A stretch of DNA of 62,536 nucleotides from a virus (lineage: Duplodnaviria; Caudoviricetes), in the IMG/VR virus record IMGVR_UViG_3300036944_000366, positions 1-62,536 of that record; one strand, written 5' to 3'. The notes under the pieces were generated by a model. The model was not told the origin of the DNA. It was given only the letters and a program-made list of their open reading frames with translations, and ran no database searches. Below, one piece after another: positions 1 to 9,831 of this stretch; position 1 is the stretch's first letter; each line of letters begins with the position of its first letter. A program made the position numbers and the translations under genes.

Positions 1-127
1 GCAAAGAAGGCAAGTCCGAGAAGGGCGGCTTGAACGCGAAAGGGCGGGCGTCTTACAACAAGGCGAACCCCGGCAAGCCCGGCCTGAAGGCTCCCCAGCC
101 CGAGGGCGGCAAACGCCGCGACTCTTT
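1..127. repeat. Exact terminal repeat (copy 1); genome circularisation overlap
   Basis: 1-127 is identical to 62410-62536; one ORF reads continuously across the junction. Confidence 0.95.
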
Positions 128-230
128 TTGCGCTCGTATGGAAGGCATGAAGAAGAAGCTGACCAGCGAGAAAACAGCCAAAGACCCGGACTCCCGGATC
201 AACAAAAGCCTGCGGGCTTGGAAGTGCTGA
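1..230 (+). CDS. 3' part of small basic protein (DUF6321-like)
   Basis: GGLNAKGRASY...RRDSFCARM...SRINKSLRAWKC; K/R rich. Confidence 0.8.
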   Translation, partial: KEGKSEKGGLNAKGRASYNKANPGKPGLKAPQPEGGKRRDSFCARMEGMKKKLTSEKTAKDPDSRINKSLRAWKC

Positions 231-231
231 C

Positions 232-477
232 ATGGAGATGATGCTTTGGAACGCAGCCCTGAGCGCTATTGTGGCGATCATGGGCTTTTTGCTCAAAGGT
301 AAGTTTGACGAGCTGGACCGGCTCAGCATTTTGCTGAACCGCACCCGTGAAGAAGTTGCTCGTGACCACATTACCCGTGCGGAGTTCCGTGCGGACATGC
401 AGCAGTTGCTGGACCGGTTTGACAGGCTTGAGCGCAAGATCGACAACTTGCGAGGCAGCAATGCCAAGCACGAGTAA
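232..477 (+). CDS. Small protein, N-terminal TM helix plus coiled coil
   Basis: Hydrophobic N-terminus LWNAALSAIVAIMGFLL, then heptad-like helix; tightly packed with neighbours. Confidence 0.75.
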   Translation: MEMMLWNAALSAIVAIMGFLLKGKFDELDRLSILLNRTREEVARDHITRAEFRADMQQLLDRFDRLERKIDNLRGSNAKHE

Positions 478-808
478 AAAACAGCACAACTTCATGAACG
501 CCGTGGCGCACAGCCCCGCGTTTGCGAAGAAGGTAGGCGTCCCACAATCCGTGGGCAAAGACTTTTCCAACGCGGACAAAAACCGCAAATTCAAAGAAGG
601 TGGTGACACTATGGCAACGAAAATGAACGCAGGCTTTGAAGCAATGATGGCCAAGAAAAAAGGTGCTCCTGCCAAGAAAATGGCTATGGGCGGCGTGACC
701 AAGATGGGCTCTGTCAAGACAGGCGCTCCAAGCCGTGACGGTATTGCCACCAAAGGCAAGACCAAGGGCACTATGGTCACAATGAAACGCGGCGGCAAGA
801 CCTGCTGA
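461..808 (+). CDS. Small basic protein with three xxxGG motifs
   Basis: Likely ATG at 461 (MPSTSKKQHNFM); FKEGG, MAMGG, MKRGG. Confidence 0.75.
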   Translation: MPSTSKKQHNFMNAVAHSPAFAKKVGVPQSVGKDFSNADKNRKFKEGGDTMATKMNAGFEAMMAKKKGAPAKKMAMGGVTKMGSVKTGAPSRDGIATKGKTKGTMVTMKRGGKTC

Positions 809-809
809 T

Positions 810-1085
810 ATGATGGCCAGCCGCGGCATGGGGGACATCGCCCCCTCAAAGATGCCCAAAGGTGTGAAAAAAGCACGCCGGGATGACACCGACTTCACGC
901 AATACGCTGAAGGCGGCAAAGTCAATGCGGCGGGCAACTACACCAAGCCCAGTCTGCGCAAGCGGATTGTGAGCCAAGTCAAGGCTGCTGCAACGCAGGG
1001 CACAGGTGCAGGTCAGTGGTCAGCGCGAAAAGCCCAGCTCGTGGCCAAGAAGTACAAGGCTGCGGGCGGCGGGTACAAGGACTGA
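810..1085 (+). CDS. Basic protein; C-terminal part resembles the N-half of DUF5872
   Basis: GQWSARKAQLVAKKYKAAGGGY motif after YAEGG. Confidence 0.75.
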   Translation: MMASRGMGDIAPSKMPKGVKKARRDDTDFTQYAEGGKVNAAGNYTKPSLRKRIVSQVKAAATQGTGAGQWSARKAQLVAKKYKAAGGGYKD

Positions 1086-1086
1086 C

Positions 1087-1320
1087 GTGAAAGCGCCCCA
1101 GCAATCCCTCAAAGACTGGGGCGACCAGAAGTGGCGCACCAAGAGTGGGAAGCCGTCTTCAAAAACGGGGGAGCGCTACTTGCCTGAGAAGGCGATAAAA
1201 TCGCTGAGCCCCGCAGAGTATGCGGCAACGACCCGTGCAAAACGTGCCGGTAAGGCGGCGGGCAAGCAGTTTGTGGCCCAGCCCAAGACTATCGCAAAGA
1301 AAACAGCAGGGTTTAGATAA
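1087..1320 (+). CDS. Basic protein resembling the C-half of DUF5872
   Basis: GTG start; SLKDWGDQKWRTKSGK...ERYLPEKA...GKQFV. Confidence 0.7.
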   Translation: MKAPQQSLKDWGDQKWRTKSGKPSSKTGERYLPEKAIKSLSPAEYAATTRAKRAGKAAGKQFVAQPKTIAKKTAGFR

Positions 1321-2018
1321 TGGCAACTTCCGGCACCTCATCGTTTAACCTCGACTTGACGGAAATCGTTGAGGAGGCGTTCGAGCGCGTAGGTTCGGAG
1401 TTGCGCACGGGCTACGACCTGCGTACGGCCCGTCGTTCGTTGAACCTGATGTTTGCCGACTGGGCAAACCGCGGCATCAACATGTGGACGTTTGAGCAGG
1501 GCTCGATCTCGTTGGTGGCGGGCACAGCAACGTATGACCTTCCGGCCGACACTGTGGACTTGCTTGAGCATGTGATTCGCACGGGCGCGGGCAGCGCATC
1601 GACACAGGCGGACTTGACCATTACGCGTATTAGCGTCTCGACCTACGCCACGATCCCCAACAAGTTGCAACAGGCCCGGCCTATTCAGGTCTGGATTGAG
1701 CGCTTGAACACCCCACGCATCACCGTCTGGCCTGTGCCGGACGACACCCAGCCCTACACCTTCGTGTACTGGCGCATGAAGCGTATCCAAGACGCTGGCA
1801 ATGGCGTCAACACAATGGACATGCCCTTCCGGTTCATCCCGTGCATGGTGGCAGGCTTGGCCTACTACTTGGCGCTCAAGGTGGCGGGCGGTGCGGAACG
1901 TCTGCCGATTTTGAAGCAGCAGTACGACGAGGCTTGGCAGTTGGCCAGCGATGAAGACCGTGAAAAAGCTGCGGTACGTTTTGTGCCCCGTCAGATGTAC
2001 ATTGGAAGCGGTACGTAA
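1320..2018 (+). CDS. Putative head-tail adaptor protein
   Basis: 232 aa in structural operon; ARRSLNLMFADWANRG...GLAYYLA pattern typical of podovirus adaptors. Confidence 0.6.
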   Translation: MATSGTSSFNLDLTEIVEEAFERVGSELRTGYDLRTARRSLNLMFADWANRGINMWTFEQGSISLVAGTATYDLPADTVDLLEHVIRTGAGSASTQADLTITRISVSTYATIPNKLQQARPIQVWIERLNTPRITVWPVPDDTQPYTFVYWRMKRIQDAGNGVNTMDMPFRFIPCMVAGLAYYLALKVAGGAERLPILKQQYDEAWQLASDEDREKAAVRFVPRQMYIGSGT

Positions 2019-2411
2019 ATGGGCAATCGTTTTGCGTCAGCCAAGAACTCGATTGCGCAATGTGATCGGTGTGGGTTTCGCTTTAAGTTGACCCAGTTGC
2101 GCACGGAAGTCATCAAGACCAAGCAGTACAACCTTATGGTCTGTGACTCCTGCTGGGACCCAGATCACCCGCAGTTGCTGCTGGGCATGTATCCGGTAGA
2201 TGATCCGCAGGCAGTGCGCAATCCACGTAAAGACACCACGTACATCACAGCGGGTGTCAACACGGCCGGGTACACTACCGGCGGGTCTAGAGACATTCAG
2301 TGGGGGTGGAACCCGGTTGGCGGGTCCCGGTTCTTTGACAACGCGCTGACGCCAAATAACTTGGCTTTAGTCGTGGAAATTGGTACAGTTACAGTACAAA
2401 TAGGAGTCTGA
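2019..2411 (+). CDS. Zn-ribbon hypothetical protein
   Basis: CDRC...CDSC pairs. Confidence 0.7.
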   Translation: MGNRFASAKNSIAQCDRCGFRFKLTQLRTEVIKTKQYNLMVCDSCWDPDHPQLLLGMYPVDDPQAVRNPRKDTTYITAGVNTAGYTTGGSRDIQWGWNPVGGSRFFDNALTPNNLALVVEIGTVTVQIGV

Positions 2412-2412
2412 C

Positions 2413-2595
2413 ATGGACAAGCAAGATTTGAAGCAGGACAAAAAGATGGTAGCGGGCGCAGTGCATAAGCACGAGGCACGCATGCACCCCGGTAAAAAAC
2501 CGACCAAGCTACGCGCTGGCGGCAAAACCAACAGCGACATGCTGAAGATGGGTCGCGGATTGGCCAAAATTGCCAACCAAAAAGCAAAGGGGTAA
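2413..2595 (+). CDS. Small basic protein
   Basis: AGGAG RBS; LRAGG motif. Confidence 0.7.
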   Translation: MDKQDLKQDKKMVAGAVHKHEARMHPGKKPTKLRAGGKTNSDMLKMGRGLAKIANQKAKG

Positions 2596-2597
2596 TC

Positions 2598-2801
2598 ATG
2601 GCCACGTACCGTTCCCCCAAACCCGCTGCTACGCAAGCAGTGTTGCCCGACACGGACAACAAAAAGTACATGCGCGACATGAACGTCTCTGTGGGCACAA
2701 ACCACAGCAACGACTACAAGCCAACCAAGACTTCCGGCATTAAAATCCGAGGTACTGGCTGTGCGACCAAGGGCGTGTTGGCCCGAGGCCCGATGGCATA
2801 A
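2598..2801 (+). CDS. Small basic protein
   Basis: C-terminal IRGTGCATKG motif. Confidence 0.7.
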   Translation: MATYRSPKPAATQAVLPDTDNKKYMRDMNVSVGTNHSNDYKPTKTSGIKIRGTGCATKGVLARGPMA

Positions 2802-2809
2802 GGCAGCGC

Positions 2810-3496
2810 ATGAACTACACCGAGCTTAAATCCGCGATCATCGCCTACACGGAAAATCAGGATACGTCGTTTGAGACGGAGATACCTGTCTTTGTGCAGC
2901 AGGCGGAGCAGCGCATTTACAACTCGGTGCAGTTCCCTTCTTTGCGTAAAAACGTCACCGGCGCAACGTCAGCGGGTAACAAGTATCTATCTTGTCCTAC
3001 GGACTTCTTGGCTCCGTATTCGCTGGCCGTTGTTACCGGCGCGGTGGGCGGTGACTTGAACACGGGGACCTACGAGTACCTGCTGAACAAGGACGTAAAC
3101 TTTATCCGCCAAGCGTACCCAACACCAAACGACACGAGCGTGCCCAAGTACTACGCCCTGTTTGGACCTTTGGTTATTGGCAGCGCGATCACAACCGAGT
3201 TGTCTTTGATTTTGGGGCCAACGCCTGATAACGCGTACCCTGTTGAGTTGCACTATTACTACTACCCGGCGTCGATTGTGACCGCAGGCACATCTTGGCT
3301 GGGGGACAACTTTGATTCTGTGCTCCTGTACGGATCGCTGCTTGAGGCGTACACGTACATGAAAGGTGAGCAGGACATGCTGACCCTGTACAACCAGAAG
3401 TTTATGGAAGCGCTTGCGTTGGCTAAACGTCTGGGTGATGGCATGGAGCGTCAGGACGCGTACCGCTCCGGGCAGTTCCGTCAGCAAGTAACATGA
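2810..3496 (+). CDS. Putative adaptor / tail tubular protein
   Basis: MNYTELKSAI...FVQQAEQRI...LLYGSLLEA; position in structural operon. Confidence 0.6.
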   Translation: MNYTELKSAIIAYTENQDTSFETEIPVFVQQAEQRIYNSVQFPSLRKNVTGATSAGNKYLSCPTDFLAPYSLAVVTGAVGGDLNTGTYEYLLNKDVNFIRQAYPTPNDTSVPKYYALFGPLVIGSAITTELSLILGPTPDNAYPVELHYYYYPASIVTAGTSWLGDNFDSVLLYGSLLEAYTYMKGEQDMLTLYNQKFMEALALAKRLGDGMERQDAYRSGQFRQQVT

Positions 3497-3516
3497 TAGA
3501 TAATCAAGGAAATTAA

Positions 3517-3711
3517 ATGGCAACCGTAACAACGACCAAAGGCGACATGGATGACGCCCTTCTTGAGAAAAAAGAAGGTCAGTTTGAAAATGACGACGAG
3601 TTGACTACGTGGGTCGAGTACTGGTTGGACGGCGAGTTGGTGCACCGTTCTGTACACGTCCATTTGAAGAAAGCGCCTGTCATCGGCGCATCCACCGCAG
3701 TTTTTGAATAA
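3517..3711 (+). CDS. Hypothetical protein
   Basis: AAGGA RBS, 64 aa. Confidence 0.7.
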   Translation: MATVTTTKGDMDDALLEKKEGQFENDDELTTWVEYWLDGELVHRSVHVHLKKAPVIGASTAVFE

Positions 3712-3722
3712 AGGAGCCTGAC

Positions 3723-4181
3723 ATGGCAAACACGCAAGCAATGTGCACCTCGTTTATGGGCGAGCTGCTGACTGGAACACACAACTTCACAACCGGTACT
3801 GGCGACTCGTTCAAGGCGGCGTTGTTTCTGTCTTCCGCAACGATCAATGCCGCTACCACAGTGTACTCAACCACGGGCGAAGTTTCCGGTTCGGGCTACA
3901 CCGCTGGCGGCGTTGCGGTCACAAACGGCACTTCACCGCTTAGCTCCAACACATCCGCAACTGCGGGTACGGCCTACTGGACTCCCTCTGCGTCACTCAC
4001 ATACACATCGGTCACGCTGACATCTGCGTTTAACTGCGTGCTGATTTACAACACAAGCAAGACCAACAAAGCGGTGAGTGTGCACACGTTTGGCGATCAG
4101 ACAATCACGGCCGGAACCTTCACGCTGACCATGCCTACAAACAGTACGGCTACGGCGCTCTTGCGTTTGGCAACCACTTGA
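3723..4181 (+). CDS. Putative virion structural protein (paralog of 4183..4629)
   Basis: Thr/Ser rich; FKAALF...TTVYSTTGEVSGSGYTAGG. Confidence 0.75.
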   Translation: MANTQAMCTSFMGELLTGTHNFTTGTGDSFKAALFLSSATINAATTVYSTTGEVSGSGYTAGGVAVTNGTSPLSSNTSATAGTAYWTPSASLTYTSVTLTSAFNCVLIYNTSKTNKAVSVHTFGDQTITAGTFTLTMPTNSTATALLRLATT

Positions 4182-4182
4182 T

Positions 4183-4629
4183 ATGACTTTTGCGCAAACT
4201 GCAACGACCAGTTTTATTGTGGAGCTGCCGCAAGGCGTCCACAATTTCGGTCCGACTGCGCCCGATACTTTCAAGATTGCGTTGTACACAGCGGCCGCTA
4301 CTTTGGACGCTACAACCACAGCGTACTCCACCACAGGAGAAGTGGTTGGAACAGGATACACTGCCGGGGGCAACACGCTGGTCATCAGTGTGACGCCCGT
4401 TGCAGCTAACAACTCCAGCGGTGTGCCGACTGCGTATTGGTCTTTTGCCAACACTACTTGGGCTGGAGCGTCGTTTACTGCGCGAGGCGCACTGATTTAC
4501 AACGCGACCGAAAGCAACAAATCTGTTGCGGTGTTGGATTTTGGCTCTGACAAAACCGTGAGCAACACCACATTTCAAATTGTTTTTCCAACCCCAGACG
4601 CCGACAGCGCCATTGTGCGTATTTCGTAA
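4183..4629 (+). CDS. Putative virion structural protein (paralog of 3723..4181)
   Basis: FKIALY...TTAYSTTGEVVGTGYTAGG. Confidence 0.75.
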   Translation: MTFAQTATTSFIVELPQGVHNFGPTAPDTFKIALYTAAATLDATTTAYSTTGEVVGTGYTAGGNTLVISVTPVAANNSSGVPTAYWSFANTTWAGASFTARGALIYNATESNKSVAVLDFGSDKTVSNTTFQIVFPTPDADSAIVRIS

Positions 4630-4665
4630 AAGGCGTAAATGCCCGCGAGGGCCTTAAGGACCACC

Positions 4666-5181
4666 ATGACCAACGACACCGCACGCGCTACAGGCAAGTT
4701 CAAACTCGAATGTTTTGACCCACAGGGCAACCTGAAGTGGGTTGCGGAAAAAAGCAATCTGGTTGTGAACGTGGGCCTTGCTTACATGGCAAACACCGCC
4801 CTGACGGGTGGTTCGCAGCTTACTACGTGGTATGTTGGCCTCTACGGCGCTCAGGCATCGAACAACCCCGCCGCTTCCGACACGGCATCATCCCACGCTG
4901 GATGGACAGAAGTTACGCCTTACAGCAACGCAACGCGTCCCCAAGCCACTTTTCCAACTGCGTCAGCAGCCAACCCCACGGTTGTAACAAACTCAGCTTC
5001 GCCTGCTTCGTTCCTGATTAACGCCACTTCAGTTGTTGGCGGCGCGTTCATCATCAGTAACAACACAAAAGGCGGGACTACCGGAACTTTGTTCGCGGCA
5101 GCCGACTTTACAACTGCGGATCGTTCCGTGGCTTTGGGCGATGTTTTGAATGTGACCTACACCTTCAGCTTGGCGGGGTAA
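4666..5181 (+). CDS. Putative tail-fibre-associated structural protein
   Basis: AAGGA RBS before ATG 4666; beta-rich, ends GDVLNVTYTFSL. Confidence 0.65.
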   Translation: MTNDTARATGKFKLECFDPQGNLKWVAEKSNLVVNVGLAYMANTALTGGSQLTTWYVGLYGAQASNNPAASDTASSHAGWTEVTPYSNATRPQATFPTASAANPTVVTNSASPASFLINATSVVGGAFIISNNTKGGTTGTLFAAADFTTADRSVALGDVLNVTYTFSLAG

Positions 5182-5183
5182 GC

Positions 5184-5372
5184 ATGGTCAAGATTGATTT
5201 CAATATCAATGGTTTTGGCGACGCTTTGCATCTGCCTGACGACCACGGCTTGACTGACGCAGAGATTGAAACAATGAAGCAGGCCCGATACGACAAGTGG
5301 CTTGACTTTATCAACAACCCCCCTGCCGCAATTGACGAACCCGTTGCAATTGACGAACCCATTGAGGAATAA
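5184..5372 (+). CDS. Small hypothetical protein
   Basis: 62 aa, tightly packed; short C-terminal AIDEP duplication. Confidence 0.6.
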   Translation: MVKIDFNINGFGDALHLPDDHGLTDAEIETMKQARYDKWLDFINNPPAAIDEPVAIDEPIEE

Positions 5373-5374
5373 GC

Positions 5375-7837
5375 ATGGCTGCACGGTTCTGGGTAACAGG
5401 CGGTACAGGTGACTGGAACAGCACAACCAATTGGTCTACAACTTCCGGTGGAGCTTCTGGTGCGTCTGTGCCGGGTTCTGCTGACACTGCAACGCTGAAC
5501 GCCTCCTCTGGCTCTGGCACGGTCACGCTCGACATCAGCCCAGACATCCAAACCCTGACCTGCACGGGCTTCACGGGCACACTTGCGTTTGGCACAAACA
5601 CGATTTCGCTGAACAGCACGGGAACCATTTTCACTGGCGCTACGACCATGACGGTCACAGGTACGCCTTTGATTATTTGCACTGACTCAAGTGCAACGGG
5701 AAGAACAGTCAATTCCGGAACAGTCACAGAGGCTAACAGTATTTCGTTCAGAATTACTGCTGGAACTGGGGCTTTAGGTTTTGGTGCTAATTCAGTATTT
5801 AGAAATTTAGATTTTACTGATGGAACAAATCCAACTGGATACGCTGGATTATTGGGTACGGCGGCTTTAACTATTTACGGCGATTTCAAAGCATCGACAG
5901 GCATGACGGCTTCGTCGTCTGCAAATGCTTTTACTTTTGCAGCCACATCAGGCACAAAGACAATCAACACTGCTGGCGTAACATTTGACCGTGCGTTCAC
6001 ATTCAACGGTGTGGGCGGCACTTTCCAACTTGCTTCAGCCCTGACTTCTGGCGCAACCCGCACAGTCACACTGACTGCTGGTGCGTTAGATGTGAATAGC
6101 TATACACTGACTACGGGCTTGTTTACCGGAACAGGCAGCGGTGTTCGTCAACTCGTCACTAATTCCGTGCCAATTGTGATTACTGGTAGCGGCGCTGTCG
6201 TGGTCAACTTTGGAACGACCACAAACTACACGGTTGATGTAAGTCCTACGTTCAACTTAACTTATTCTGGTTCTGTTGGTACGCGGACAATTTCTTCAGG
6301 TTCAACTAGCAATCTTGTTGTATCTCCAAACATTACCGTAACTGCTGGTAGCGATACAATCACAACCAGCGGAACAACAACGCTAAGTAATTTAATTTTT
6401 ACAAGCCCGTTTACCGGAACACTGGGCAACGCAACTCGCAACATTTACGGAAACCTTACTTTGGTTTCTGGAATGGCTACCCCATCTTCAGGTTCTTTGG
6501 TCACCACGTTTAATGGCGTTAGCTCTCAGACCATTACAACCGCCGGTAAAACTCTTGATTTCCCCATCACATTTAATGGCGTTGGTGGAACATGGACAAT
6601 TCAAGATGCGCTTACTGTTGGCGCAACTCGCACAACTACACTGACTAATGGCGCAGTGGGTTTAAACACCTACACGTTGACCACGGGAGTTTTTAACACA
6701 AACAACAGCAACACACGTTTAATTGCTTTTGGCACTGGCAAAATTGTGTTGACTGGTACGGACGCACTTGTTTGGACCAACGCAACGGGCACAGGCTTTA
6801 CTTACACCGGAACATCCCGGATTGAAGCTTTTGGACCATCCACAACCGGCACACGCTCATTTAACCCCAGTACGGTAAGCACAAGTACAGAGGCTACAGC
6901 TTTAAGTTTTTACATTACTGGCGGGACAGACACGGTTAGCTTTACAGCTACAAGCCGCCGCGTCAACAGCATGGATTTCACAGGCTTTTCAGGAACATTC
7001 ACAAACTCCCAGCAAACAGTCCACGGAAGCTACACAATCTCAACGGGGATGACTGTCGGCGCAGGCACAGAAGTCACTACCTTTGCGTCAACCAGCGGAA
7101 CAAAAACAATCACCATCAACGGCAAAACTTTGGACTTCCCGATCACTTTTAACGGTGTTGGTGGCACATGGTCTTTTGCAGATGCTTTGACGCAGGGCGC
7201 TGGAAAAGCATTCACGATGACTGAGGGCACGGTTAATCTGGCTTCTGGCGTAACCAGCACGGTGGGCGCTTTTGCCACATCAGGCACAAACCAAAAATAT
7301 CTGCAAAGCTCCACGGCAGGGGTTCAGGCTACGTTGTCTCAAGCAACGGGTACAGTTGACGTTAGTTACCTGACCATCCAAGACAGCGCCGCTACGGGCG
7401 GGGCCACATGGATTGCGTACTTGGCCAACGCAAATATTGATGCCGGGAACAACACGGGCTGGACGTTTTTCAACAACGTCTACGCAAACACTGCCACCGA
7501 CTCCGCAGCCGTAACAGACGTAGCTGAGGCAGCGGCCACATTTAATGCAGCTGCCTCGGACACTGCTGCTTTATCGGACTCGGCAGAGGCGGCGACCACG
7601 TTTAATGCAACCATCTCGGATACTGCCGCCGTAACAGACGTAACAGACGTAGCAGCCACATTTAATCCAGAGGTTGCTGATACGGCCACTTTGTCTGACT
7701 CAGCAGAGGCGGCGGCTACGTTTAATGCAGCCGCATCCGACAGCGCCACACTAACAGACGCTACCAGTAGTGCCCTCCTGTGGAACTTAATTGATGACGC
7801 CCAAGACCCAAACTGGCAAAATATCAACACCATCTAA
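5375..7837 (+). CDS. Tail fibre / adhesin-like repeat protein
   Basis: Gly/Thr rich; three ~190-aa repeats containing TFNGVGGT; five 20-aa C-terminal repeats. Confidence 0.7.
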   Translation: MAARFWVTGGTGDWNSTTNWSTTSGGASGASVPGSADTATLNASSGSGTVTLDISPDIQTLTCTGFTGTLAFGTNTISLNSTGTIFTGATTMTVTGTPLIICTDSSATGRTVNSGTVTEANSISFRITAGTGALGFGANSVFRNLDFTDGTNPTGYAGLLGTAALTIYGDFKASTGMTASSSANAFTFAATSGTKTINTAGVTFDRAFTFNGVGGTFQLASALTSGATRTVTLTAGALDVNSYTLTTGLFTGTGSGVRQLVTNSVPIVITGSGAVVVNFGTTTNYTVDVSPTFNLTYSGSVGTRTISSGSTSNLVVSPNITVTAGSDTITTSGTTTLSNLIFTSPFTGTLGNATRNIYGNLTLVSGMATPSSGSLVTTFNGVSSQTITTAGKTLDFPITFNGVGGTWTIQDALTVGATRTTTLTNGAVGLNTYTLTTGVFNTNNSNTRLIAFGTGKIVLTGTDALVWTNATGTGFTYTGTSRIEAFGPSTTGTRSFNPSTVSTSTEATALSFYITGGTDTVSFTATSRRVNSMDFTGFSGTFTNSQQTVHGSYTISTGMTVGAGTEVTTFASTSGTKTITINGKTLDFPITFNGVGGTWSFADALTQGAGKAFTMTEGTVNLASGVTSTVGAFATSGTNQKYLQSSTAGVQATLSQATGTVDVSYLTIQDSAATGGATWIAYLANANIDAGNNTGWTFFNNVYANTATDSAAVTDVAEAAATFNAAASDTAALSDSAEAATTFNATISDTAAVTDVTDVAATFNPEVADTATLSDSAEAAATFNAAASDSATLTDATSSALLWNLIDDAQDPNWQNINTI
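7490..7765 (+). repeat. Imperfect 60-bp coding tandem repeat (about 5 units)
   Basis: Period-60 recurrence of gcRgccacRtttaat; protein repeat DxAxxxDxxxxAATFNxx. Confidence 0.85.
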
Positions 7838-7852
7838 AGCAAAAGGACTAAC

Positions 7853-9733
7853 ATGACAACAGGAAACACCGCACTGCTCGGACTGGCGCTGCCAGTTCAA
7901 GGCGAACTTGCAGGGACATGGGGCACTGTTGTTAACACGTCCATCACCTCGCTGATTGACTCCGCTATCGCCGGTACAACCACACTCAGCACGGACGCTG
8001 ACGTTACGTTGACCACCACAGCCCTTGCAGCCAACCAAGCTCGGCAAGCCATTCTCTTGTGGACAGCCAGCAACGGGGCGACAACACGCAACATTACTGC
8101 GCCCGCGCAGAGTAAGCCTTACATTGTCATCAACGCAGGCACAGGTTCGATTGTTTTGCGCGGCGCTGGCCCAACAACCGGCGTAACCATTTTGGCGGGC
8201 GAAAAGTGCATGGCCGCATGGAATGGAAGTGACTTCGTTAAGATAGGAACTGCGGCGTCCAGCGTAACGTACACCCCTGCGGGGACCGGCGCTGTCACAA
8301 CCGATGTGCAAACCAAACTGCGTGAAACGGTTAGCGTCAAAGACTTTGGCGCTGTTGGAGACGGGGTTACAAACGCCACCTCTGCAATTCAAGCCGCCAT
8401 TGATGCGTGTTTTACAAGCGGCCAAACAGTGTACGTTGATGCGGGAACATACGCCGTAACGAGCATCAAAATTTATCCAAACACCATTCTTGAGTTTGAT
8501 GCCAACGCAACATTCAAGCAAACCGCAAACGGGTTTGCCATTCGCACATCAACGAGCCCGTCTGTAACCGTACCAAACACTTCTGTTCGTTACGCAAAAA
8601 TTTACAACGCGCAAATTAACATGAACAGTTGCACGGGCGCAGCTATCTTTTTAGAAGGCGCTCAATCTTGCGTTGTTGACAATGCAGTTATAACCAACGT
8701 GGGTAGCGGAACATTTACCTACGACGATGGTGTGACCAACAACGCAAACTACCGCACATCGGCAATCATGATTAAGGGCATTACCGGTGTAGCTGGCCCT
8801 TACTACAACCAGATCAACCATTGCCGAGCCAGCGGGGGCGGCAGTTCAAGCACCAACAGCGGCATCTGGCTTGGCACAACAATTGGCAGCACAGACAACC
8901 AGCGTGCCAACTTAAACCAAGTCAACCAATGCGTTTTCACCAGCTTTGGTGAAGGCATTTCTATGTGGGTGGGTAGCGATAACAGGTTTATTCAACCAGA
9001 AGTCTCTAGCTGTGGAACCGGCATTGTTGTTGGGAATACAACCCTGTACACCCTGAACTCCAACGGAAATAGTTTTCAGCAAGTTTATGCCGAAAGCTGC
9101 ACTACAGGGATGAACCTAACAACCCTAAGTTTGGACACCACAATTTTTGGGTTTTCCTCCTTGTCTGGAACAACAACGGGGCTTGTAGACAACGGAGAGC
9201 GAACTTACGTTGCTGAGTTAAGGGCCACCTCTCAAATTGCAAACACGCCACGGTCTTACCCCGGAGGTCTTTATTACCCCAACCTCGGAACAGCAACGAC
9301 TGGAACATCAACAAGCACGTTGATGGGGTATTACGACACCGGAACTTTTACTCCAATTCTGGCGGACAACCAAACGGGAGGTAATGTTGCAACTTTTCTT
9401 TACGCCTATGGTTTGTACACAAGAATCGGCAACCGAGTTTTTGTGACCATCTCTCTTACAGACATCACTACTACAGGAATGACTGCTGGGAATCAGGTAT
9501 TTATTCGCGGCCTACCTTGGGATGTAAATTCAAACACGTTGCTTCGCTCGGCTGGCGCTGTGTCGTTTAGTTTTATTTCAACAACCACAGGTTGCATAAG
9601 CGCCCGTGCAATCGCGGCATCAAACTACATTTCCTTGTTTGAACAAACGACCACAGGGCAGGCAACACTGCTGGTTTCACAGCTTACCAGCGGTTCAACA
9701 GATTTGTTTATTGAACTTTCTTATCAGGTGTGA
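7853..9733 (+). CDS. Tailspike with pectate-lyase-like beta-helix (putative depolymerase)
   Basis: VSVKDFGAVGDGVTNATSAIQAAID motif followed by Asn/Gly beta-helix-like sequence. Confidence 0.8.
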   Translation: MTTGNTALLGLALPVQGELAGTWGTVVNTSITSLIDSAIAGTTTLSTDADVTLTTTALAANQARQAILLWTASNGATTRNITAPAQSKPYIVINAGTGSIVLRGAGPTTGVTILAGEKCMAAWNGSDFVKIGTAASSVTYTPAGTGAVTTDVQTKLRETVSVKDFGAVGDGVTNATSAIQAAIDACFTSGQTVYVDAGTYAVTSIKIYPNTILEFDANATFKQTANGFAIRTSTSPSVTVPNTSVRYAKIYNAQINMNSCTGAAIFLEGAQSCVVDNAVITNVGSGTFTYDDGVTNNANYRTSAIMIKGITGVAGPYYNQINHCRASGGGSSSTNSGIWLGTTIGSTDNQRANLNQVNQCVFTSFGEGISMWVGSDNRFIQPEVSSCGTGIVVGNTTLYTLNSNGNSFQQVYAESCTTGMNLTTLSLDTTIFGFSSLSGTTTGLVDNGERTYVAELRATSQIANTPRSYPGGLYYPNLGTATTGTSTSTLMGYYDTGTFTPILADNQTGGNVATFLYAYGLYTRIGNRVFVTISLTDITTTGMTAGNQVFIRGLPWDVNSNTLLRSAGAVSFSFISTTTGCISARAIAASNYISLFEQTTTGQATLLVSQLTSGSTDLFIELSYQV

Positions 9734-9735
9734 CC

Positions 9736-9831
9736 ATGAAAGACTGGGCCGTTAGCTTTGTTGCTGCGGCCCTTCTTGTTGGGCTTGTGCTTTGGTGCAT
9801 CCGCATTTTTATTTGGAGTTTTTATGGCTGA
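9736..9831 (+). CDS. 31-aa single-TM peptide (not in ORF track)
   Basis: MKDWAVSFVAAALLVGLVLWCIRIFIWSFYG; fills the gap exactly and overlaps the next ATG. Confidence 0.55.
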   Translation: MKDWAVSFVAAALLVGLVLWCIRIFIWSFYG

